Shown here in pieces: positions 36,007 through 45,826 of a stretch of 52,354 nt of DNA. The notes under the pieces are model-generated. The model was not told where the DNA came from. It worked only from the letters and a program-made list of their open reading frames with translations, and searched no databases. Position numbers and translations under genes: made by a program. The stretch is from a virus (taxonomy: Duplodnaviria > Caudoviricetes). The DNA lies in the IMG/VR virus record IMGVR_UViG_3300036785_000717, positions 1-52,354 of that record. One strand, 5' to 3'. How positions within the stretch are numbered: the first letter of the stretch is position 1; the number at the start of each line of letters is the position of its first letter.

Positions 36007-37140
36007 ATGGCCAAGGCCAAGATCGATCTCAGCACCGTCAAAGCGCGCGACGCGCTGCGCCCCAAACCCAACCGGCACCCCCACTGGCAGCGGCTGCGGC
36101 CCGGCTGCTTCGTCGGCTACCGCCCCTCGACAGATGGCAGCGCGGGCTCTTGGTCCGCCCAGGCCTATGTCAACAGCAAGACGCGGGAGCAGGTGCTTGG
36201 CTCATTCGGCCAGTTCCCCCCGAACGAGCGCTTCGCCAAGGCCAAGGCTGCGGCTGAGGCGTTCATGGCATTCGAGGAGTCGGGCGGGCGGTTGCAGAAA
36301 GCGCTCGTCACCGTGGCGGATGCGGCCCGCAGCTACCAGCAGGACCACCCCGCCGCAGAGCAGTACTTCCGGCTCAGCGTCTATAACGACCCCATCGGCG
36401 CGATCCCGCTGGCGAAACTGCGCCCCCAAGACCTTGCTGAGTGGCGCAAGGGCGTCACGACGCGGCCTGTGAAGGGTACCACGCGCGAGCGCGCGCCAGC
36501 CTCCGTCAACCGCGAGATCTCGCCGTTGCGGGCCGCGCTGCGCAAGGCGCTGGCGCCGGGAAAGTGGCAGGAAGAACTCAAGCCGATCTCCCGCGCCATC
36601 GCGGTGCGGCGCAGGACGCTCTATCTGGAGCGCCAAGAGCGCCAAGCCCTGCTCGACAACATCAGCACTGAGGCTGAACCGTTCGTGCGCGCCCTCTGCC
36701 TGCTCCCGGTGCGTGTTGGGGCTATCGCCAATCTCACCGTGGGTGACTTCGACCGCAAGACGGGCAGTCTCACGGTACGCGAGGACAAGGGCCACCCTGA
36801 GCGCTTCATCCACGTCGGGACCGCCGCCGCTGCGCTGCTGACCGCACAGAGCCGCGACAAAACGCCATCGACGCTGCTGTTCATGCGGGACAACCGCGAA
36901 AAGTGGACGCGCGCCACTTGGAAGACACCGATCAAGGCCGCCGCCGCCGCCGCTGGACTTGATCGCAGGACCGTCGCCTACACGCTGCGCCACAGCGTCA
37001 TCACCGACCTCGTCAACGCGGGCATCCCGATCCTGACCATCGCACAGATCTCGGGAACCAGCGTCGAGATGATCGAAAAGCACTACGGGCAGTATCGCCA
37101 AGACGCGGCGCGCAAGGCGCTCGACGCCATCGCCCTGTAG
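36007..37140 (+). CDS. int: Tyrosine integrase
   Basis: PVRVG, EDKG, YTLRHS, SGTSVEMIEKHYG; N-terminal arm-binding region. Confidence 0.92.
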   Translation: MAKAKIDLSTVKARDALRPKPNRHPHWQRLRPGCFVGYRPSTDGSAGSWSAQAYVNSKTREQVLGSFGQFPPNERFAKAKAAAEAFMAFEESGGRLQKALVTVADAARSYQQDHPAAEQYFRLSVYNDPIGAIPLAKLRPQDLAEWRKGVTTRPVKGTTRERAPASVNREISPLRAALRKALAPGKWQEELKPISRAIAVRRRTLYLERQERQALLDNISTEAEPFVRALCLLPVRVGAIANLTVGDFDRKTGSLTVREDKGHPERFIHVGTAAAALLTAQSRDKTPSTLLFMRDNREKWTRATWKTPIKAAAAAAGLDRRTVAYTLRHSVITDLVNAGIPILTIAQISGTSVEMIEKHYGQYRQDAARKALDAIAL

Positions 37141-37334
37141 GGTTTCCAAGCCGGGGTCGCTTCGACGCGTCTCACATTCGGAGATCGTCTTGCGACCCCA
37201 AGTCTTCGCAGGCTTTTAAGAACGGCCGCCTCATTAACACCCTGCGCTTCGCTGATCTCGCGCACTGTCCATCCATGAAGGTACAAAAACGCCGCCGCCA
37301 AATGTTCAGCTTTTGACCTATGCGAGGGGTGCAT
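37083..37334 (-). CDS. Small HTH protein
   Basis: GWTVREISEAQGVNEAAVLKSLRR; lower GC; overlaps the 3' end of int. Confidence 0.5.
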   Translation of the reverse strand: MHPSHRSKAEHLAAAFLYLHGWTVREISEAQGVNEAAVLKSLRRLGVARRSPNVRRVEATPAWKPYRAMASSALRAASWRYCP

Positions 37335-37343
37335 CGTTGACGA

Positions 37344-37811
37344 TCAGGGCGGCGTGAGCGGGGGCGGCCACGCCTCAGGGACCTTCGCCGCCAGCCACGC
37401 CTTCACCTCCTCGGTCACGGCCGGCAGCGGGGTGAGCCTATCTGTGAAGCGGTAGGCGATGGTGGCGACGTCCGCCACCGGCACCTTGCGGGTCGGACGC
37501 AGCGCACGCCTGGGCGCGTCCTCCGGCCCCGGCGACGGCTTGCGGGCCTCGGGCGGCTGCTCGACCGTCAGGTAGGAAACGTCCCGCAGGAAGGCGTAGG
37601 CCAGCTGCGTGGCCCGCGCGTCTCGCCGCAGGATCGCCGTGCGGTGGTGATGCATGCTGTCATACTCGGCGTGCAGCGCCGCCCGCGCGTCCAGGGCGAT
37701 CTGCTTCTCGGCGAGCCTGCGCCAGGTCTTCCGGGCGCGCTGTTCCTCGTGGCGGATGATCCTGCTCTCGGCCACCAGGGTCTTCAGCTTCACTCTCAGT
37801 GTGGCGTGCAT
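37344..37811 (-). CDS. Hypothetical phage protein
   Basis: LRVKLKTLVAESRIIR...ARATQLAYAFLR; RBS GGGAGAG. Confidence 0.65.
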   Translation of the reverse strand: MHATLRVKLKTLVAESRIIRHEEQRARKTWRRLAEKQIALDARAALHAEYDSMHHHRTAILRRDARATQLAYAFLRDVSYLTVEQPPEARKPSPGPEDAPRRALRPTRKVPVADVATIAYRFTDRLTPLPAVTEEVKAWLAAKVPEAWPPPLTPP

Positions 37812-37833
37812 CTCTACTCTCCCTTCGCCTGCG

Positions 37834-38082
37834 TCACGGGTGCGCCTCCCACACCGCTTCCACGCCCTCGCCGTCGCTGGTCTTGCGGTAGCGGACGTAG
37901 CGGATCAGCTGCCCCTGCTTGTCGAACCGCCAGCGCTCCAGATGGCCGTCGACCACCCGCTCCCAGGCGGCGTGTGGGGGCGGCTCAGGCACCTGATCGC
38001 GGGGGATTGCGCGCTCCGCGAAGAGGTCGGCGAGGCCCAGCGTGACGACCGTCTTGCGGCCCTGGTGACTGATCTCGGCCAT
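37834..38082 (-). CDS. Hypothetical protein
   Basis: TGATG-coupled start at 38082. Confidence 0.5.
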   Translation of the reverse strand: MAEISHQGRKTVVTLGLADLFAERAIPRDQVPEPPPHAAWERVVDGHLERWRFDKQGQLIRYVRYRKTSDGEGVEAVWEAHP

Positions 38083-38339
38083 CAGGACACCGGCCTGCAC
38101 GCCATCTTGACGCTGCGCGGATCGTCCGGTCGCCCGGCCGTGGTGATCGCCATCGACAGGCCGCACACGTCGCAGACCACGATGAAGACGCCGCACCGCT
38201 TGGCCGGGTAGGGCAGGGCCACGCTGCAGGCCCGCTCCGCGCCCATCGTGGCGTCGATGTCGATCCCCTCGGGGTAGTTCGGGTTCGGCTTCTCCTGCGG
38301 CTCGCGGCCGAAGTCTTGCCATTCGACCGAGAGCGTCAT
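38082..38339 (-). CDS. Cys-rich hypothetical protein
   Basis: PNPNYPEGIDID...C...LPYPAKRCG...CDVCG...TTAGRPDDP. Confidence 0.6.
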   Translation of the reverse strand: MTLSVEWQDFGREPQEKPNPNYPEGIDIDATMGAERACSVALPYPAKRCGVFIVVCDVCGLSMAITTAGRPDDPRSVKMACRPVS

Positions 38340-38674
38340 CGCACCGACTCCCTTGATGCGTCGCGGTAGTCGGCGGCGGCGGCGCACAGCACCTTGTTGA
38401 TCCACCACAGCTTCCTGACGTTCTCCGTCGCGTCCGTCGTCGCGCGGGCTTCGAGGATCACCTTCCTGACGGCCTCGGCCAGCGCCTCGCCGGCCTCGGC
38501 CGGGACGTAGCGGACGCCTTCCTTGTCGTCCGGGTGCGTCGGTCCGAGGTAGGCCGTCGCTGTCATCGCCGGGCCGTTCCAAGCCGTTCCACCCCACTCG
38601 TGCGGGTACAGGACCACCTCGCGCGGCATGGCGCCGTGCCCGTGGTGAGGGTTGTCGAAGGGCTCGTCGATCAT
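38336..38674 (-). CDS. Hypothetical protein
   Basis: ATGA-coupled chain. Confidence 0.55.
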   Translation of the reverse strand: MIDEPFDNPHHGHGAMPREVVLYPHEWGGTAWNGPAMTATAYLGPTHPDDKEGVRYVPAEAGEALAEAVRKVILEARATTDATENVRKLWWINKVLCAAAADYRDASRESVR

Positions 38675-38910
38675 ATCCACGTCTCCACGATCACCGGGAG
38701 GTCGTTCGGATAGCGGTCCATGCGCACCAGCCCGCGGCGGCGCATTTCCTCGCGGATCGGTTCGAGCGCCGCGCACGCGAACCCCTCGTCGGTCGGGCCT
38801 GCCTGCGGGCCGTAGGCGACGTGCCGGCGCACGGTGAACAGGCCGGGCGCGTCGCTGGGGTTTTCGCAGACCACCCAGATCGACAGGGCGTCGGGGACGG
38901 CGTCACTCAT
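38671..38910 (-). CDS. Hypothetical phage protein
   Basis: P.D.PG.F.VRRH...R.PND.PVIVETWI. Confidence 0.65.
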   Translation of the reverse strand: MSDAVPDALSIWVVCENPSDAPGLFTVRRHVAYGPQAGPTDEGFACAALEPIREEMRRRGLVRMDRYPNDLPVIVETWI

Positions 38911-39178
38911 TGCGGCCCCCGTAGACGTCGCGCCAGGCCCTCAGCATCAGCTTCACGTCCGGATGCTCCAGGGCCTCGGCCAGCAGGGCTTGGTCCGGCT
39001 TGGCCATCTTCATGGCGTCGTCGAACACCAGCAGGAAGCCGCACTTGATGCACATCGTGATGTCGCCAGGCTTGGGCTTGGTGGGGCCGTCGTCCATGGC
39101 CGTGGCCGCATCGAGGGGGTGCCCGCAGTAGGCGCAGGCGTCCGGGGCGAGGCGCGTGGTGACCTTAAGTGTCGGCAC
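38903..39178 (-). CDS. Zn-ribbon protein
   Basis: CAYCG...PKPGD...CIKCG; probable GTG start. Confidence 0.6.
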   Translation of the reverse strand: MPTLKVTTRLAPDACAYCGHPLDAATAMDDGPTKPKPGDITMCIKCGFLLVFDDAMKMAKPDQALLAEALEHPDVKLMLRAWRDVYGGRNE

Positions 39179-39659
39179 TGGAGGAGCCGCTGTCCGACCA
39201 GTCGGCGCTCGCCCCGCCGCCGCCGCCGTCTCCGCCGCCGCCGCTGAAGTCGGGCGCGGGGTCCGGTTCGCTGGGGCTCTCGACCGCCGAGACGATCTCC
39301 TCGGCCGCGAGCGTCGCGCCGAGCGCGGAGGTGGCGTCGTCATCCTCCTCCCGTGGTTCGCCGGACCTGCGGATATCAAGGCCGCCGCCCTCCAGGGGGC
39401 GCATGGCGTGCGACAACGGGTACGAGCCGAACAGTTTGGGGTCCAGGTGCGGCTCCCAGTCCGGGTGGTCGGGCGCGTGCTCGAACTGTTTCACCTCGCC
39501 GGTCGGCTTATGTCGGAACCAGGGCCAGTGCAGCATCGCCGTCTCCTTACGTTTCAGGGTTTCGTAAAGCTCTTCGAAGAGGTCGCCGATGTGCCCGTAC
39601 TCAGGGCCGTAGGCCTCGACCACCGTGACGCCATGCGGGCCATGGTGGGCGATCCTCAT
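39165..39659 (-). CDS. Hypothetical protein with Gly/Ser-rich tail
   Basis: DFSGGGGDGGGGGASADW tail; start uncertain. Confidence 0.55.
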   Translation of the reverse strand: MRIAHHGPHGVTVVEAYGPEYGHIGDLFEELYETLKRKETAMLHWPWFRHKPTGEVKQFEHAPDHPDWEPHLDPKLFGSYPLSHAMRPLEGGGLDIRRSGEPREEDDDATSALGATLAAEEIVSAVESPSEPDPAPDFSGGGGDGGGGGASADWSDSGSSSADT

Positions 39660-39892
39660 GGCCCGCGACGCTCCGTCATCGCCCTCGCCATCCTCACGAT
39701 GGCCGTCAGCCGCTCCAACGCCTCCAGCGCCACCGCAGGGCCCTCCAGCATCGCGACCCGATGCGCCGCCCCCACCATGACCCGAAACGCCGCCTGCGCG
39801 TCGAGCGAGCCCACATACGTCCGCTCCTCGGGCGTCGGCGTCGCCGCCTCATCGTCCCACCGCATCGGCTTTCCCTTGCGCCGGGTCATCAC
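39656..39892 (-). CDS. Hypothetical protein
   Basis: Coupled chain. Confidence 0.5.
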   Translation of the reverse strand: MMTRRKGKPMRWDDEAATPTPEERTYVGSLDAQAAFRVMVGAAHRVAMLEGPAVALEALERLTAIVRMARAMTERRGP

Positions 39893-40065
39893 TCGATCCT
39901 CGTCCGGTAGGCTGTGCCATCGGCATTGTACTGCTGGACCCAGCCCGCGCCGGTCTCATCGATGAACACCGCGCGATCCTTCTCCCTGATCTCCAGGCCC
40001 TCGCAGCCCACGGGCAGGTCCCAGAACCACTGATCAGACTTGGGCGGGGCGGGTGCGTCGCTCAT
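39889..40065 (-). CDS. Hypothetical protein
   Basis: ATGA-coupled start at 40065. Confidence 0.5.
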   Translation of the reverse strand: MSDAPAPPKSDQWFWDLPVGCEGLEIREKDRAVFIDETGAGWVQQYNADGTAYRTRIE

Positions 40066-40310
40066 TCGGTCTCTCCGTTCGAGTAGTTCTGGAGCGACAC
40101 CGACAGGGCCTTCTCGAAAAACTGGGTGCATTCCTCGGCGCCCGCCGGGCTGTCCACGCCGTGCAGGATGGTGGCGGCCGTGAAGGCCAGCGCGTTCAAC
40201 GCCTCGTAGACCCGATCTCGCCCAGCCGGCCCGCGCAGATAATGGTCGCGGATGTCGCCCAGGATCTCGGTGGCGAGCGCTTTCACGCGTTCCTGATCCA
40301 TCATCATCAC
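40062..40310 (-). CDS. Hypothetical protein
   Basis: Coupled chain. Confidence 0.55.
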   Translation of the reverse strand: MMMMDQERVKALATEILGDIRDHYLRGPAGRDRVYEALNALAFTAATILHGVDSPAGAEECTQFFEKALSVSLQNYSNGETE

Positions 40311-40921
40311 GTGCCTGAGCCCGGCCTAGTGGCGGCGTCGGTCATGATCCCTGGGCACGCGCCGATCAGGTTGTCGTCCACCTGCGCGCGGCTGGCGCCG
40401 CAGACGCTGCAGTTGTTGGTGGCGAAGTCCCATGTGTGGGTGAACACCACTTTGCGATGCTCGGCTGAGCGGTGGAATTCGGCCCAGGCCCCGTCGCGAT
40501 GGTTCTGCACCTGCGGATCGATCCACGTCTTACTGGCGGTGACCGCCTCGTGGTACGCCAGCAGGCCCGGCCAGTAGATGCGGTCCATGCCCAGTTCGAC
40601 CACGGCGCGCAGTTCAGCCTCGCTCAGCTTCTCCACGGCCCGCTTGGCGGCCAGGAACACGGCTTCCATCTCCGGCCGGGTGGGGCGCGCCGCCTGGGGT
40701 TCCGTCTGCAGGACAGAGCGTCTGGGCAACCGCGCCAGGACCGCTTCATACTCGGCCTCGGTCTCGTCGATCTTCGCGATCTGCTCAGGGCTCGGGTTCT
40801 CGGAAAACATGCGCTCCAGCAGCTGGCGCAGCGGCGTGCGGGTGTCGCCAGGGCTCGCCGTGGTCAGGCCTGTGCCGCCCCGCAGGGCCTCCGGGTCCAT
40901 CATGATGGTCTCCTTGGTCAT
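40307..40921 (-). CDS. Hypothetical protein with C-terminal Cys motif
   Basis: H.W.....CSVCG...C. Confidence 0.55.
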   Translation of the reverse strand: MTKETIMMDPEALRGGTGLTTASPGDTRTPLRQLLERMFSENPSPEQIAKIDETEAEYEAVLARLPRRSVLQTEPQAARPTRPEMEAVFLAAKRAVEKLSEAELRAVVELGMDRIYWPGLLAYHEAVTASKTWIDPQVQNHRDGAWAEFHRSAEHRKVVFTHTWDFATNNCSVCGASRAQVDDNLIGACPGIMTDAATRPGSGT

Positions 40922-40922
40922 G

Positions 40923-41315
40923 TCATGTCTTCCTCAGGATGCGCCGCAGGGTCTCGGCCTGGACCTGCAGCGCCGCCTCCTGCTTGGGCGTGTACTGGTC
41001 GCGCAGTTCCGTCTTGGCCTCGACGGCGCGCTGGTAGGCCTCGTTGAGGGCCATGCCGGGATCAAACCGGCGGCTGAGCCGCTCATCGAGGAGTTCAGCC
41101 TCTGAGTACTGCACGATCGCCTGGGTGGCGGCCATGCTGTAGAGGCCGTCCAACTCTAGCTGCAGATGCTTTTTGAAGTAGGCCATCTGCGTCGTCGTGA
41201 ACGGCTCGTCCGTGTCGCTGAGGAACGATACGTCATGCTTGGCGCGGTCGGTCAGCGCCCACGTCAGCAGCGCCGCGCCCAAGCGGGCGACCCGGTTCCG
41301 CCACGCTTCTTTCAT
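40923..41315 (-). CDS. Hypothetical protein
   Basis: ATGA-coupled with RBS GGAGGAG. Confidence 0.55.
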   Translation of the reverse strand: MKEAWRNRVARLGAALLTWALTDRAKHDVSFLSDTDEPFTTTQMAYFKKHLQLELDGLYSMAATQAIVQYSEAELLDERLSRRFDPGMALNEAYQRAVEAKTELRDQYTPKQEAALQVQAETLRRILRKT

Positions 41316-41998
41316 GCGATCTCCTCCTGGGCGAGCGTGGCGAGGCCCTCGTCGCGGGCGATGTTGAGCCGCGCTAGGGCGGTATCGCCCAGGCCGTTGG
41401 CCAGGACCGCCTTGGCCTCTTTGCGATAGCAGCCGTTGATCACCAGCCGGGCGACGTCGGCTGGGCCGAGATCGGGCGGATGGTCGGCGGGGGTGATGTT
41501 GAGCACCCGCCACCAGCGGGCCTCGCCGGTCGGCGCCGGGCCGCTCGTCGGCGGCGGCAGGGCGGCGAACGCCTGCAGCGTCTCAGCTGCGGTGGCGACG
41601 CCGTAGCGGGTGATCGCCCTGGTCGCGGCGATGTGCGCGGCCAGAGCAGCGATGTTCTGGGCGACGGATGAATAGGTGTCGCACGCCATGGTGTAGGGCT
41701 CGCCGCCCATCGTGAAATAGAGGGCGACGCCAGGGTCGGACGGCGCGCTACGATCGCTCCGTGGACGTCCATCGATCCGGGTTTCGACATTGGTGGAGAG
41801 CACTGCGTAGCGCCCTCCCAACCGGTCGACCTCTGCCTCAAGGCGTTCGACGGCCATGGCGATCGTCAGTTCGCGCGCCTGGCGCCAGCCCTTGCCGGTG
41901 TCTTCCGATCGCTTGAAATTGCCGCCGCGACGCTTGCCAACCGGCGTGCGTGGGCGACCGATTGGCCAGGCGAGTGGGTAGCGTTGCGGGGCGCTCAC
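41312..41998 (-). CDS. Phage protein with degenerate C-terminal J-domain
   Basis: YPLAWP.GRPRT, DPGVALYF, ACD.Y, WWRVL...YRK.AK...LN.ARDE. Confidence 0.75.
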   Translation of the reverse strand: MSAPQRYPLAWPIGRPRTPVGKRRGGNFKRSEDTGKGWRQARELTIAMAVERLEAEVDRLGGRYAVLSTNVETRIDGRPRSDRSAPSDPGVALYFTMGGEPYTMACDTYSSVAQNIAALAAHIAATRAITRYGVATAAETLQAFAALPPPTSGPAPTGEARWWRVLNITPADHPPDLGPADVARLVINGCYRKEAKAVLANGLGDTALARLNIARDEGLATLAQEEIA

Positions 41999-42237
41999 CC
42001 TGCCGCCTCACCTGGCATGCATTTCTGTTTCCCCTTCGAACGTCGGCTGGCCCGCTCTTCGAGTTCACCCTCCAGCTGCGCGAACCAACCTTCGACCGCC
42101 TCTTGGATGGTTTGGGCCAGGCGGCGCTGAAGACCGATGAGTTCAGCCTCGGTGTAGCCCACTTTGAGCAACCGGGAGCGCTCCGGGGGGTCATCGATGA
42201 ACACCTCGGCGAGTTCTTCACAGGCTGGGTCGTACAT
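41995..42237 (-). CDS. Hypothetical protein
   Basis: YDPACEELA..F...LAQTIQEAVE.W. Confidence 0.55.
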   Translation of the reverse strand: MYDPACEELAEVFIDDPPERSRLLKVGYTEAELIGLQRRLAQTIQEAVEGWFAQLEGELEERASRRSKGKQKCMPGEAAG

Positions 42238-42550
42238 TTCGCGTCCCTTTCTGGCGTTCGACCTGCAACTCGCCGCAGAGCCGGACGATCACTTGCCGCG
42301 CCTGCTCCAGCGACAGCTTGTCGATGCGCTCGACGAAGCCCCCGTCTTCGAGGAAGACGTGCGTCGCGGACGGCTGGGCCACCAGCTGCTCCTCCTCAAG
42401 GCTCGCCACGATCGCCTCCATGCCGGCCAACTCCCGATCGGCCGCGTCGGGTTTCATGCGTCCGCCAGCCACCCACTTCGGGTAGACGTTCCGGCGCATC
42501 GCCAACTCGCGCCTGGCGCACTTGATCTGGTCGGGGAGCGAGACGGTCAT
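42218..42550 (-). CDS. Conserved phage hypothetical protein
   Basis: QIKCARRELAMRRNVYPKWV..GRM. Confidence 0.65.
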   Translation of the reverse strand: MTVSLPDQIKCARRELAMRRNVYPKWVAGGRMKPDAADRELAGMEAIVASLEEEQLVAQPSATHVFLEDGGFVERIDKLSLEQARQVIVRLCGELQVERQKGTRNVRPSL

Positions 42551-42831
42551 GGCGTCGACTCGTCGTCGACGGTGTCGAAGGTGACCGAAAACTCGGTCAG
42601 CGGCCGGTTCGGTCGGCCATCTGCGCGGAGCGGTCGACGGCGGCTCTGCGTCTTCCAAGTCGCCATGGCGTCAGCCAGATCCTTGAAGCGGAGCGCCTCC
42701 TTCGGATCATCGGTGAATTCAGCATCGCCACCGCCATCGAACGCTTCGGCATCGAACGCTTTCAGCCATTGATCCACGACGGCCTCGTGCTCAGGCCGTG
42801 TGGCCATGGCGACGCGCATCAGGATGCTCAT
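42547..42831 (-). CDS. Conserved phage hypothetical protein
   Basis: W...S..RPLR.DGRPNRPLT.F. Confidence 0.6.
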   Translation of the reverse strand: MSILMRVAMATRPEHEAVVDQWLKAFDAEAFDGGGDAEFTDDPKEALRFKDLADAMATWKTQSRRRPLRADGRPNRPLTEFSVTFDTVDDESTP

Positions 42832-43496
42832 GCCGTCTCCGCCGGGAACAGCGCCTCCACCTTCTTCGTGGCCTCCGCCAGGGTGTCGATCGCCTCTTGG
42901 CCCTCCGCCACGGCGATCGCGGCTAGGGCTGGCAGACCCGTAGCAAGCGCCTCCTCCACCTCCTCCCGCGTCGCGGGGCGTCCTTCGCGCCACCATGTCA
43001 CGCGATGCGGCGCGCCCAGATTGAAGAGCACGCCCGAATTGCCGTACTGCGGGTGGAACGGCTTCGAGGGATGCAGGCTCTCCCAGATCACCAGGACGCC
43101 TGGGTTGCGATCGATCGGGAGACCAGCCGCGTCGCGGCGATCCTCAGGCAGATCCTTCTCGTTGCGCCGGGCCCTGGGCTTCGACAGGAACGGGCAGGCT
43201 GCGATGGCGTAGTGCGCGCACAGCGGGTGGGCCGGCGGCTCGCTGGTGATCCGGTTGACGCAGCACATCGGGCCGATGACAGACGCGCTCATCCGCCCCA
43301 GCTTGACGCCGCAGATCCAGCAGCGCTTCTCCTTGACGGCGCGCACCAGCTTGCGGGCGTCGGCCACACGGTGGTCAGGCTTGCCGTTCCGGTAGTCCAC
43401 AAACCAGGGCACCGGAAATCCCCGGTCGTCGATCGGCAGCTGGACGATGCTGGCCGGCCGGGAAATATCGCGGAGGCTCGCGTTCAGGCTGCTCAT
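42828..43496 (-). CDS. Cys/His-motif (putative Zn-binding) phage protein
   Basis: RGFPVPWFV, CWICG, HPLC, ACPFL; paralogous to 6574-7173. Confidence 0.7.
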   Translation of the reverse strand: MSSLNASLRDISRPASIVQLPIDDRGFPVPWFVDYRNGKPDHRVADARKLVRAVKEKRCWICGVKLGRMSASVIGPMCCVNRITSEPPAHPLCAHYAIAACPFLSKPRARRNEKDLPEDRRDAAGLPIDRNPGVLVIWESLHPSKPFHPQYGNSGVLFNLGAPHRVTWWREGRPATREEVEEALATGLPALAAIAVAEGQEAIDTLAEATKKVEALFPAETA

Positions 43497-43867
43497 CGGT
43501 GCCACCATCCTTCGCCATCGACGCCCCAGTCGTAGAATAGTTCGCGCATCGCTCGCGCGCTCTTGTGGCCTATCCACGGTTGTCGCACGAATACGCTGCG
43601 CCCTTGCTGATAGACATCGTAGAGGTCGCGGTACTGCGCCGGCTCACCGTCTGGCATGTCTGTCATCGCTCGCATGAGAGCGGGCGTCAGGCGCCCCTCT
43701 TCACCCATGTGCTCCCTGACCCACTTGCGGTCCCGCTCTGTCAGGAACGCCGCATCCGGCGCTGGAGGGCGCAAGGCGCGCAAGGCGATGTGGCCACCCC
43801 GCGCCGCCCCCAGCGTGTCCGCGATGCGTTCCAGGGCCTCGGCGATGCGCTCTATCGCCTGCGTCAT
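43493..43867 (-). CDS. Hypothetical protein
   Basis: MTQAIERIAEALERIA start; coupled downstream. Confidence 0.5.
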   Translation of the reverse strand: MTQAIERIAEALERIADTLGAARGGHIALRALRPPAPDAAFLTERDRKWVREHMGEEGRLTPALMRAMTDMPDGEPAQYRDLYDVYQQGRSVFVRQPWIGHKSARAMRELFYDWGVDGEGWWHR

Positions 43868-43976
43868 TGCAGCCACCCGCGTAGTGCCGCCCAAAGTCGG
43901 GCCAGCAGGCCGGGAGGGCGCTCCCCCTTGCTGGCGGCTTCGATCGCCTCGACGGCGACGACGCGAACCGGACGCA

Positions 43977-44939
43977 TCAGCCTTCCTCGCCCGGCTCACG
44001 CTCCTCCGTGGGGGAGGAAAGGACGTCGTCTTCCACAGGGCCGAGGCCCGGCGGCGGATCTTTCTTGCTGGAGCCGCGCAGCCGCTGCTTCAGACCCTCG
44101 CTGCCCTTCGCTTCCACCGCAGGCTGGCCCTCGGCGGACTCCGCCGGCTTGGCCGGGAACCAGTCATTGACCACGGACATGCCGTCGTTCAGCGACGCCC
44201 ACACCTTTCTCAACTGCACGATCTGGGCCGGGCGAATGCTATCAATGTGGCGCTGGATGCGGGCCTCGACCATCTCCCGCGAGACGCCGAACTGCTGGAA
44301 GGCCTTGAGCAGTTTCTCGACCGCATCCGGCGAGGTGTCGGCCTTCGCCAGCAGCGTCGCCTCGCACTGCTGCACGGCGGCCTCGACGACGTCGCCGGGG
44401 ATCACCGCCAGGATGCAGGCGCGCAGGCGCCGCGCGGCCTGGTTGGCCGTCGCCTCGTAGATGTCGCGCCCGTCAGTCAACTTGGTGACCCGCTCGCGCG
44501 AGTGGCGCTCGTGCTTGACCTGAAAGACGCGCTCGTCGCGCACGTTGGTCTCCAGATCCCAGCAGAAGGTGTGCATCGTGCTTTCGCCGGCCTTGCCCGC
44601 ATAGGCGCGCTGCTCGACCTCGCGCTGCCCGAAGGACATATTTCCCCAGTTCTGGGCCAGCACCTCGGCGAGCCGGATCGACGGGCCGGTGATCTCCGTG
44701 CCGCCGCGCGAGTAGCTGTAGAGCGCGCTCTCGGCCAGCGACCGGCGGGTGCAGGCCGACAGGATCCGGTCCATCGCCCGGATCTGGTCGCGCGGATAGC
44801 GGCGGGCCATTACAATAGCGCCCTGCACCTCGGCGAGTTCACGCTGGGCGGCGACCTCGATGGCGGCCTCGCGGGCGGCGACCTCGGTGGCAGGGGGCCC
44901 GAACGGGTTGGCGACGACCGCTTGGTATTCATCGGACAT
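43977..44939 (-). CDS. Putative recombination (single-strand annealing) protein
   Basis: Adjacent to YqaJ; ARRYPRD, GPSIRLAE..A..WGN, WDLETN; acidic tail. Confidence 0.6.
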   Translation of the reverse strand: MSDEYQAVVANPFGPPATEVAAREAAIEVAAQRELAEVQGAIVMARRYPRDQIRAMDRILSACTRRSLAESALYSYSRGGTEITGPSIRLAEVLAQNWGNMSFGQREVEQRAYAGKAGESTMHTFCWDLETNVRDERVFQVKHERHSRERVTKLTDGRDIYEATANQAARRLRACILAVIPGDVVEAAVQQCEATLLAKADTSPDAVEKLLKAFQQFGVSREMVEARIQRHIDSIRPAQIVQLRKVWASLNDGMSVVNDWFPAKPAESAEGQPAVEAKGSEGLKQRLRGSSKKDPPPGLGPVEDDVLSSPTEEREPGEEG

Positions 44940-45825
44940 CGGCGTCCTCCGGTTGCTTCACGAGAAAGCGGCGGGCCGGTTCGCGCGCCGCTACGCTGTA
45001 GGCCTTGCGGCCATTGTCCAATGCCCACGTCACCAGCACGTCGCCGCTGCCGTCCACGAGGCGCAGGCCGTCGTCGCCCATCGCCTCCATCAGCAGCTTC
45101 TTCATCTGCTCCTCGGTCGCCGCGAGTTCCTTCTGCTGCCGGTGCAGCCGACGCAGCACTTCGACGGCGGTGATCTCGGGCACGCCGGCCATAACCTCGC
45201 CCTGGGCGTCGTAGCGACCCCAGCGGCGCACCGCATCCTGCATGGTCATCGGCGGCGGCGGCTGGTCACTGGTGACGAACGCCCAGAACGCCGCCTCGCC
45301 CTCGACCAGCTGCGCCTCGATCTCCGGGTCGTGGCGGACCTGATAGAGCCGGAAGTCCTGGCCGCCGATCAGCACGGCGACGTCGCAGATCTCCGACTGC
45401 GTGACCGACAGGGCGTGGTGACATTGGGTCAGGTAGTTGAGCGGGATCTCGTCGGTCTCTTCCTCGCCCCAGCCCTGGCCCGTGCGCGCGGTCTTCACTT
45501 CGAGGATCACGCGGTGGCCCGCCCCGATCACCTGGCCGTCGAGGTGGACAAACATCCACGGGTGCTGCGGGTGGCGGATCATGTCCTTGACCGGCCTCGC
45601 CTCCAGGCCGGTGCGGCGGGCATACTCGCGGCGGACGATGTCCTCCAGCAGCTGGCCCCAGAGCATGGGTTCGTTCTGCTCGACAGGCGGCGCGCGGCCG
45701 GTCTTGAGTTCCCAGAGTTCGTACGGGGTCTGCCAGGGCGACAGGCCCAGCGCGGCGGCGGCCTCGGATCCGCCTATGCCGGTGCGGCGCTCCTCTGGCG
45801 TGCCGGCGTTGCCGAGCGGTTCCAT
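44929..45825 (-). CDS. YqaJ-like lambda-exonuclease family protein
   Basis: RRTGIGGSE, WG..LE, LDG, LEVKT, Y..QC.H.L. Confidence 0.9.
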   Translation of the reverse strand: MEPLGNAGTPEERRTGIGGSEAAAALGLSPWQTPYELWELKTGRAPPVEQNEPMLWGQLLEDIVRREYARRTGLEARPVKDMIRHPQHPWMFVHLDGQVIGAGHRVILEVKTARTGQGWGEEETDEIPLNYLTQCHHALSVTQSEICDVAVLIGGQDFRLYQVRHDPEIEAQLVEGEAAFWAFVTSDQPPPPMTMQDAVRRWGRYDAQGEVMAGVPEITAVEVLRRLHRQQKELAATEEQMKKLLMEAMGDDGLRLVDGSGDVLVTWALDNGRKAYSVAAREPARRFLVKQPEDADVR

Positions 45826-45826
45826 C

